Positions 57,268-64,000 of a stretch of 64,000 bases of DNA are shown here, in pieces. Position 1 is the stretch's first letter. Each line of letters begins with the position of its first letter. The DNA comes from a bacterium (GTDB lineage Bacteria; UBA8248; JACPRG01; G963555815), in the NCBI GenBank assembly GCA_965261595.1, contig CBDHDG010000007.1, positions 384,001 to 448,000 on the forward strand. Direction: 5' to 3'. Under the pieces are notes generated by a model. That model was given only the letters and a program-made list of their open reading frames with translations. It made no database searches and had not been told where the DNA came from. A program made the translations under genes and the position numbers.

Positions 57268-58055
57268 AGGAGACTCCCCAGGTGCTCCTGGCCCATCACC
57301 TCAAGGCGCTCAAGCTGCCCACCTTCGGGAGGGAATACGACAAGGTCGCCCGGCAGTGCGCCGCCGAGGGGGTCGACCCCGTGCGTTTTTTGATGCGCCT
57401 GTCCGAGCTGGAGCTGATTGACCGGGAGCGCCGGATGGTGGAGCGGCGAATCAAGGCGGCGCGCTTCCCGGCGGTCAAGAGCCTGGAGCGCTTCGACTTC
57501 CTGGCTCTGCCCTCCCTCAACAAGACGCTGGTTGTGGAACTGGCGAGGTGTGAGTACATCGAACGGCGCGAGAACGTGATTGCCCTGGGCAACAGCGGCA
57601 CAGGCAAGACCCACATCGCTCTGGGTCTCGGGCTTGCGGCGTATCAGAAGGGGTTGTCCGTCGGCTTCACACCCGCCGCCGCGCTGGTCAACGGGTTGCT
57701 CGAAGCGCGTGACGAAAAGCGTCTGCAGCGCCTTCAGAAGCAACTGGCCGCCTACAAGCTTCTGATCATCGATGAACTGGGCTTCGTGCCCCTGTCCAAG
57801 ACCGGCGCCGAACTGCTGTTCGAGGTCTTCAGCCAGCGCTATGAGCGCGGCTCTATCCTGGCGACGAGCAACCTGCCGTTCGACGAGTGGACCGAGATCT
57901 TCGGCTCCGAGCGGCTGACCGGCGCCCTGCTCGACCGCCTGACGCATCACGTCCACATCCTGGAGATGAACGGCGAAAGCTATCGGCTCAGGCAAAGTAG
58001 GAAACGGCGCTCAAACAAACAAGCAAAGCCTCAAGACTCCGTCCCAATGGAGTGA
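57264..58055 (+). CDS. istB: IS21 helper ATPase
   Basis: GNSGTGKTH, LIIDELG, LLDRLTHH, GESYR. Confidence 0.9.
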   Translation: MKETPQVLLAHHLKALKLPTFGREYDKVARQCAAEGVDPVRFLMRLSELELIDRERRMVERRIKAARFPAVKSLERFDFLALPSLNKTLVVELARCEYIERRENVIALGNSGTGKTHIALGLGLAAYQKGLSVGFTPAAALVNGLLEARDEKRLQRLQKQLAAYKLLIIDELGFVPLSKTGAELLFEVFSQRYERGSILATSNLPFDEWTEIFGSERLTGALLDRLTHHVHILEMNGESYRLRQSRKRRSNKQAKPQDSVPME

Positions 58056-58455
58056 GGCCACAACCCAGGAAGGGGGCCCATGGGCCCCCTTCTTCACACA
58101 CCAGGTGGGACACTTGCCGCCACGCCGGTACACTTTTACTCCGCCCTTGACACCGTGTACCGCAACCGCTTGACTCTCCTGCCGCCATCGAATTGCGAAA
58201 GCACTGGGTCGGGGCGACCACGTTCGGACAGGACAACGGACCGCTGCTGGCCCCGGCGCCATCATCACCCCACGACTGAATGCTTACCAACAGGGACTCG
58301 CCGAGATGCGCAGGAGTTTTAACGAATCCGCTTTCATTTTGATTACGGACTGCAGAAGGCAGGTTTCGAATGAGATTGGAAATTATGTATATTCTCAATA
58401 ATATCAATAGTATAATAGGATCTCACGGCTGGAAAGAACGGCTTTACGGCTGAAT

Positions 58456-58476
58456 CAAGATGCAAAACGTCGTGAA
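58456..58476 (+). repeat. attR-like site
   Basis: CAAGATGCAAAACGTCGTGAA, matches 18200-18220 at 18/21. Confidence 0.72.
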
Positions 58477-58861
58477 GAAGGTCCGAAAGCGCAACCAGGA
58501 GGCGGTGGTCTCGGGCGCACAAAGGATCTACGAGGCCCACAGCCGCCGGGCGGCCATCGCCGCCTTTTGGCGATGGGCCAAGCAGTGGCGAGGGCGGGAG
58601 CCCAAGGCGGTGGCGTGCATCGAGAGCGACCTCGAGACGTTGTTGGCCCACTTCCAAGAGCCCCCGCCCTTCGGGTCACCCTGCGCACGATAAACCCCAT
58701 TGAGCGGGTCTTTCGGGAGGTGAGACGAAGAACCAGACCCATGACCGTCATGAACAACAACGAGTCCCTGGAACGCGTCGCCTACAGCGTGTTCCACCGC
58801 ATTAACACCTAGTGGGAGACAAACCCTCTCTGCACTTCTACACAAAACTCGTGACATTACC
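58456..58861 (+). mobile_element. IS256-family element, 3' half
   Basis: NVVKKVRK...LRTINPIERVFREVRRR; end CTTCTACACAAAACTCGTGACATTACC is an imperfect inverted copy of 15911-15940. Confidence 0.82.
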
Positions 58862-61617
58862 ACTTACGGCCGCCCGTCTAGGAGATCTGGATGCGGCGGA
58901 AGAAGCACTCGCCAAGATGGAAGCTCTGTATGCCGAGACCTTTGCATGGAGTGGGGTCGCTGATTGGGTTCGACAGCTTTTGAAATCAATGGTATTTCAC
59001 TCGCGAGCCGCCGTATTGGATTCGCGAGGTCGATTGCTGGAAGCGGAGGATCTGCATCGGCAAGCCATTTCGGCCTGGGCCGATTATAGAAAGTGGCCCT
59101 CGGGTGACATAGAGGGTTACATGGATATTAAGATTCAAAGCCTCTTCGCCTCTGACGCTCTTCGTGGGTTGTCCGGTAACCTCCGCCGCCAGGGCCGCCT
59201 TGTTGAAGCTGAGATCGCGGCGTGAAAGGCGGTGCGCGGCGCGCTGCGCTCTCATGGGCGCAATTCCGTGTTCACGGCCTTCACGGTGTCGTTTTTGAAT
59301 CGCGTCATCTTTGAGGAAGGACGCTTTGCCGAGGCCGAAACCCTCGCCCGGGCCAGTCTCGATATGTTCCGCACAGCGGGAGCGTCCCCGGGATCCTTCT
59401 CTCAAGCTTTGGCCCGAAACTTATTGGCCGACGCACTAGTGGCGCAGGGCCGCTGGGAGGGGGCCTTGAAAGAGTACGAGATCATCCGGAAGGGCATGGC
59501 CGGTTACCCGAAGACTTATCGGAGGCGGCTGGGCGGCAATCTCAACTGGGCGCTAGCTCTGGTAGTGACCGGCCGAGCCGACGAGGCATTGGAGATCGTC
59601 CAGACCGCCGTTGAGCGGAATACGCGTCTTCTGGGCGAAAGCCATTACACCACCGCCGAGGCGCGCGGTTTCCTCGGGATGGCGTACGCCGCGAAGGGCG
59701 ACCGAAGGAAGGCGCTTTCCGAGTTTGCCCAGGCCGTCCCCATCCTCATTAGCCATCCCGGTCGGGCGGATGACGAGGGGACGACAATCGGGGCGCGGGA
59801 CCAGCGGCTCAGACTGATCCTCGAAAGCTACATCGATTTGCTATCAAAAATTCGAGGAACCCCGCTCGAAGTCGAGAAGGGGGTGGACGCGGCGGCCGAG
59901 TCCTTCCGTGTGGCGGACGTGGCCCGCGGCCGGAACGTCCAGCGAGCCCTGGCGGCCAGCCGCGCCCGTGCGGGGGCCCGGGACCCCGGGTTGGCCGACT
60001 TGATCCGGCGGGCGCAGGACGCCCAAAGACAGATCAGCGCATTTAACACCCTGCTCTCCAACGCACTGGGCATCCCGACCGATAAACAAAACCCCAAGGC
60101 CATCAAATCCTTGAGGGCCAATATCGGCCAGCTGCGCGGTGCGCGGACCACCCTGAGGGAGGAGATCGGGCGGCGGTTTCCCAAGTACGCCGACTTGATC
60201 AATCCGAAGCCCGCGACGGTGGGGCAGGCCCGTGGGGCGCTGCGGACCGGGGAGGCCTTGATTGCCACGTATGTCGGCCGGAACCGAACGTATGTCTGGG
60301 CCATCCCGCATCGGGGCAAGGTCGCCTTCTCGGCCGCGCCGCTGGATCAGAAGAAGGTGGCGGAAGTTGTGGCCGGGCTCCGGAAGTCCCTTGACCCCAA
60401 GGCGAAGACGCTGGGAGACATCCCGGAATTCAACGTCGCCCTGGCCTACAAGCTCTACCGGGACTTGTTGTGGCCCGTGAGGGCGGGCTGGGAAGGGGCA
60501 AGGAGCCTTCTCATCGTTGCGCACGGCGCGCTGGGGCAATTGCCGTTCTCGCTTCTTCCGACCGACCCGGTGGAATTGAAGGGGGACGGGAAAGGCCGTT
60601 CGGGGGCCGGCGGCCTGAAGCGCAGGGGCGTCTCGGTCGTTCCCTACCGGCCGCCGAAGCTCGCTCGGGAGAAGGGCGTTTTGTTCTCCAGCTACCGTTC
60701 GATACCCTGGCTGATCCGCCGGGCGACGGTGACGCGGTTTCCCTCGGTGGCCTCACTGCTGACGTTGCGGAGCGCAGCCGCGCCGCGGGCGAACAGGCGT
60801 GCCTTTGTGGGGTTTGGCGAGCCTTATTTCAGTGAGTCGCAGGCGAAGGCGGCGTCCCAGGTGAAGCAGGTCGTGCGGGTCGCCTCGCTTTCGGGGCGCG
60901 GCGGCAGGACGCTAAAGGTCCGGGGTTTCCCGGTCTTATTGCGGGCGGCGCCCGCATTGGAGGGCGTGGATTCGAGCGAGCTGGCGCGCCTTCCCCGCCT
61001 GCCCGAGACGGCGGAAGAGGTCCGCGGCATCGCCCGGGCGCTGAAGGCGGATTTGGCGAAGGACGTGTTCCTGGGGGCGGCGGCGAACGAACATCAGGTG
61101 AAGAGCATGGACCTGTCGGACCGGCGGGTGGTGGTGTTCGCGACGCACGGCTTAGTGCCCGGGGATTTGAACGGTCTGACACAACCGGCGTTGGCGCTTT
61201 CATCTCCGAAGGTGTGGGACGAAGGGGGACGGCCTGCTCACGATGGGCGAAATCCTGGGGCTGCGGCTGGATGCCGACTGGGTGGTGTTGTCGGCTTGCA
61301 ACACGGCGAGCGGCCGGGGGGCCGGGGCCGAGGCGGTGTCAGGGCTGGGCCGGGCGTTCTTTTATGCCGGCACGCGCGCGGTGCTGGTGAGCAACTGGCC
61401 GGTGGAGACGACGTCGGCCAAAGCACTGACGATGGAGTTCTTCCGGGGCCAGCCCGGGGGGCGGAAGGCGTCGCGGGCCGAGTCGCTTCGCCGGGCCATG
61501 CTGGGGCTGATCGACGGGAAGGGGTTTGTGGACCGGGTCACGGGACAGAGCATCTATTCCTACGCCCACCCGATCTTCTGGGCGCCGTTCTCTCTGGTCG
61601 GGGACGGGGGAAAGTGA
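58862..61617 (+). pseudogene. TPR + CHAT (caspase-like protease) domain protein, 5'-truncated, stop at 59223, frameshift near 61215
   Basis: TPR-like helices, FATHG, VVLSACNT, HPIFWAPF. Confidence 0.85.
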
Positions 61618-61781
61618 TGAGTGGCCGGCGGTAACGCGAAACCGCGACATTCTTCCCGAGAGCCAGTTGACCCACACTCACAATGACGGCTCGGGTGACC
61701 CGGCGCTCGCTAACGCGTGAGTCCGTGGTTGCTCCTACGACGGGATGCGGCATTCGTCTTTGTCCAACAAAATTGCTTCTT

Positions 61782-61819
61782 GCGAAAGAGGGCGGCCCTA
61801 AAGGGCCGCCCTCTTTCGC
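61782..61819. terminator. Perfect 18-bp hairpin between convergent genes
   Basis: GCGAAAGAGGGCGGCCCT-AA-AGGGCCGCCCTCTTTCGC. Confidence 0.6.
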
Positions 61820-61877
61820 CAAATGAAGGTAGGGCGGCCATCTTGGCTGCCTTCCAATGGCGGGCTGGAAGCCCGCC

Positions 61878-62741
61878 CTACTTCAACCTTTTTTCGAAAA
61901 ACGCCAGCGTCCGCGTCCAGGCGTCCTTGGCGGCCGCGGCGTTGTAGCGGGCCGCCGCCGTGTCGTTATGGAAGGCGTGTTGAACGCCCGGGTACGTCTT
62001 CATCTCGTACGTCACCCCCGCCTTGTCCAGCGCCGCTTTGTAGGCCGGGACGCCCCGGTTGACCCACCCGTCCTTCTCCGCGTAGATGAGGAGCAGGTGC
62101 GCCTTGATCCTCGGGACGGCCGAGAGCGGCGGGACCGGGCCGTAGAACGCGGCGGCGGCCCGGAGTCCGGGCGCGGCGGTGGCGAGACGGTTGGTCATCC
62201 CGCCTCCCCAGCAGAACCCGACGACGCCGATGCGCTCGCCCCGGACGTCCGCCCGGCCTTCGAGGTCAGCGAGCACCGCCTTCAGGTCCGCGACGGTGTC
62301 GGGGCGCTTGAGCGTCCGGATGGCGGCGATGGCATCGCTTTGAACGGGGGGCGTTCCGCCGTTACGCGAGAGGAGGTCGGGCGCGACGGCGTGATAACCG
62401 GCCAGGGCCGCGCGGCGGGCGACGTCCCGGATGTGGTCGTTGAGGCCCCGGTTTTCATGGATGACGAGGACGGCGGGAAGCTTCTGGCGCCCGGCGGCCT
62501 TCGCTCTGGCCCGGTAAGCGCTGATCGGACCCGCCGGGCCGGGGATCTTGACCGTTCGGGTCGCAAGCCGGGCGTCATCCGGAGAGACCATGGCGGCCTC
62601 GGGGTCTCCTTCGAGGAGCGGAAGGATCGCGACGGCCGAGGCCGTTCCCCCGGCGAGCCGGGCCAGGCGGCGGATGAACGCCCGGCGGTCCATCGGCGTG
62701 TGGCGGTACTTGTGATAGAGGTCGAAGATTGCCTGGTCCAT
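61878..62741 (-). CDS. Dienelactone hydrolase family protein
   Basis: HENRGLN, GFCWGG, HAFHND; RR-containing N-terminus; AAGGAGG RBS. Confidence 0.9.
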   Translation of the reverse strand: MDQAIFDLYHKYRHTPMDRRAFIRRLARLAGGTASAVAILPLLEGDPEAAMVSPDDARLATRTVKIPGPAGPISAYRARAKAAGRQKLPAVLVIHENRGLNDHIRDVARRAALAGYHAVAPDLLSRNGGTPPVQSDAIAAIRTLKRPDTVADLKAVLADLEGRADVRGERIGVVGFCWGGGMTNRLATAAPGLRAAAAFYGPVPPLSAVPRIKAHLLLIYAEKDGWVNRGVPAYKAALDKAGVTYEMKTYPGVQHAFHNDTAAARYNAAAAKDAWTRTLAFFEKRLK

Positions 62742-62808
62742 ACAATCCTCCTTTCGCGGCAACCGGTTGGTGGATCTCCGCCCGTTCGGCAATTCCTCCG
62801 GGGCGTCC

Positions 62809-64000
62809 TCAAAGGGCGTCGGAAACAAGAAGAAGAATCCCCGAGTATTGGTGGAGATGCGTCTTGCCTTGGATGGGGGCGATTTCCGACCCCGTGAAGA
62901 ACCCCGCCACGGGAACGCCTTTCAGCGATTCCCTCAGGGTGCGGGAATCGACGTCCGGCTCCCCGTAGAGGCCGCGGCCGCGCGCCATGCAGTTGAAGTA
63001 GAGGCCGAAGGATGCATCCGGACGGTCCCGCTGAAGGTCGGAGGACATCCGCATCAGGTCTTCCCGGGCGCCGGCCGGCTCGCGAAGGGCGAACGTGAGG
63101 AGCTGGCCCGTTTTGGCTTCGCCGGAGATGGCGATGGCCCCGGAGTCGGGATCGACGCCCATGATGTTCCGGACCAGGTATTGTCCCCGTTCGATCTCGT
63201 CCTGGTCCGGCTGCATGGGCAGGCCCACGAAAACCGACGTGACCGCACGCCGGAGGTTCGCCGCCAATTCCTCGCCCGCCGCCTCTTTGAACAACTCCAA
63301 GGCCGGCCGGCCCCCCAATTCATAGATAACGTTCTCCTCCGCCCGAGTCACCACCCGGGGCTCGCCCAGTGGGCGGCACGCCTGCGTCATCCGCATGTCC
63401 AAGGACACGGCCCCGGTCATGAGCATCCCGACCACCGCGTTGGATTCGATGTTCTTTCCATAGAACTGATACGTCCGGCCCTGGGAGCCGTCCTCCGAGG
63501 CCCCCCCGCCGAACAGCGGGACCCCTCCGGTTTCCCTATCGAGCGATGCGAAAAAACGGGTCGGATGAAGGTGGTAGGTGTCGGGCAGGAGGAGGATTGC
63601 GGCGTTCCCGGGGCGGCCGGACCGGGGCAGGTGCGGCCGGATTTTCCCGGCGATGGCCAGGGCGGCCTCATCGGGCCGGCTGTGGAGGGGCCGCTCCAGA
63701 AACGGGAACACCTCAAGGGACGGGGAAGAAACCGCCAGGACGGCGATTCCCGGGGCGTCCTCGATCTCGCCCTCCTCTGTCAGCACGCCGTGCCCGCTGC
63801 ATCCGACGATCTTTTCCGCGCCGGTCTTGGCGGAGATGGTCTCAAGCATCGGTCCGAACGCGGGGAAGTGATGAACCGTCGCGAAGACCACCGCCCAATC
63901 GGCCCGGCCGCCGCCCATCCGGGCCATCGCCCGGCCGGCGGCTTCCTCCGTCGCGTGAATCGTCTCGGCGTCCCCCGACAAGCCGCTGCCGGCGGAAGTG
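62809..64000 (-). CDS. FIST N/C domain protein (5' end probably outside the window)
   Basis: LFGGGAS, QACRPLG, YFNCMARG, GFFTGSEI. Confidence 0.85.
   Translation of the reverse strand, partial: TSAGSGLSGDAETIHATEEAAGRAMARMGGGRADWAVVFATVHHFPAFGPMLETISAKTGAEKIVGCSGHGVLTEEGEIEDAPGIAVLAVSSPSLEVFPFLERPLHSRPDEAALAIAGKIRPHLPRSGRPGNAAILLLPDTYHLHPTRFFASLDRETGGVPLFGGGASEDGSQGRTYQFYGKNIESNAVVGMLMTGAVSLDMRMTQACRPLGEPRVVTRAEENVIYELGGRPALELFKEAAGEELAANLRRAVTSVFVGLPMQPDQDEIERGQYLVRNIMGVDPDSGAIAISGEAKTGQLLTFALREPAGAREDLMRMSSDLQRDRPDASFGLYFNCMARGRGLYGEPDVDSRTLRESLKGVPVAGFFTGSEIAPIQGKTHLHQYSGILLLVSDAL

Larger units (their letters stand above)
54231..58152 (+). mobile_element. IS21-family element
   Basis: TGT...ACA ends with internally repeated IRs; istA and istB. 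Confidence 0.88.

Overview
High-GC bacterial chromosomal window with three zones. (1) 1-12.5 kb: core-like catabolic genes (NitT/TauT-type ABC transporter, LLM-class oxidoreductase, EamA transporter, amidohydrolase, ATP-grasp-like protein, FGE/SUMF1-domain protein, xanthine dehydrogenase-family Mo subunit) with REP-like intergenic palindromes. (2) 12.5-58.9 kb: a decayed accessory region. It holds a convergent restriction-modification-like pair, then an IS256 transposase whose halves lie 40 kb apart (15911-18220 and 58456-58861). Between them is an integrative mobilizable element with att-like repeats around a 7-bp core, tyrosine-integrase fragments, a MobF relaxase and a coupling protein. Its cargo is defence-like (ParA + RelA/SpoT synthetase pair, HNH nuclease, OLD-like ATPase, SIR2-STAND-TPR), and each of the four loci is hit by one of seven near-identical IS3-family copies. 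IS256, IS1380, IS407, IS1595, IS21, IS6 and two IS110-family elements are nested in the same region. One IS110 has a readable bridge-RNA region whose guides match the IS3/IS407 terminal repeat it inserted into. (3) 58.9-64 kb: CHAT/TPR pseudogene, dienelactone hydrolase, FIST protein. All calls come from reading motifs by eye; no database search was run.
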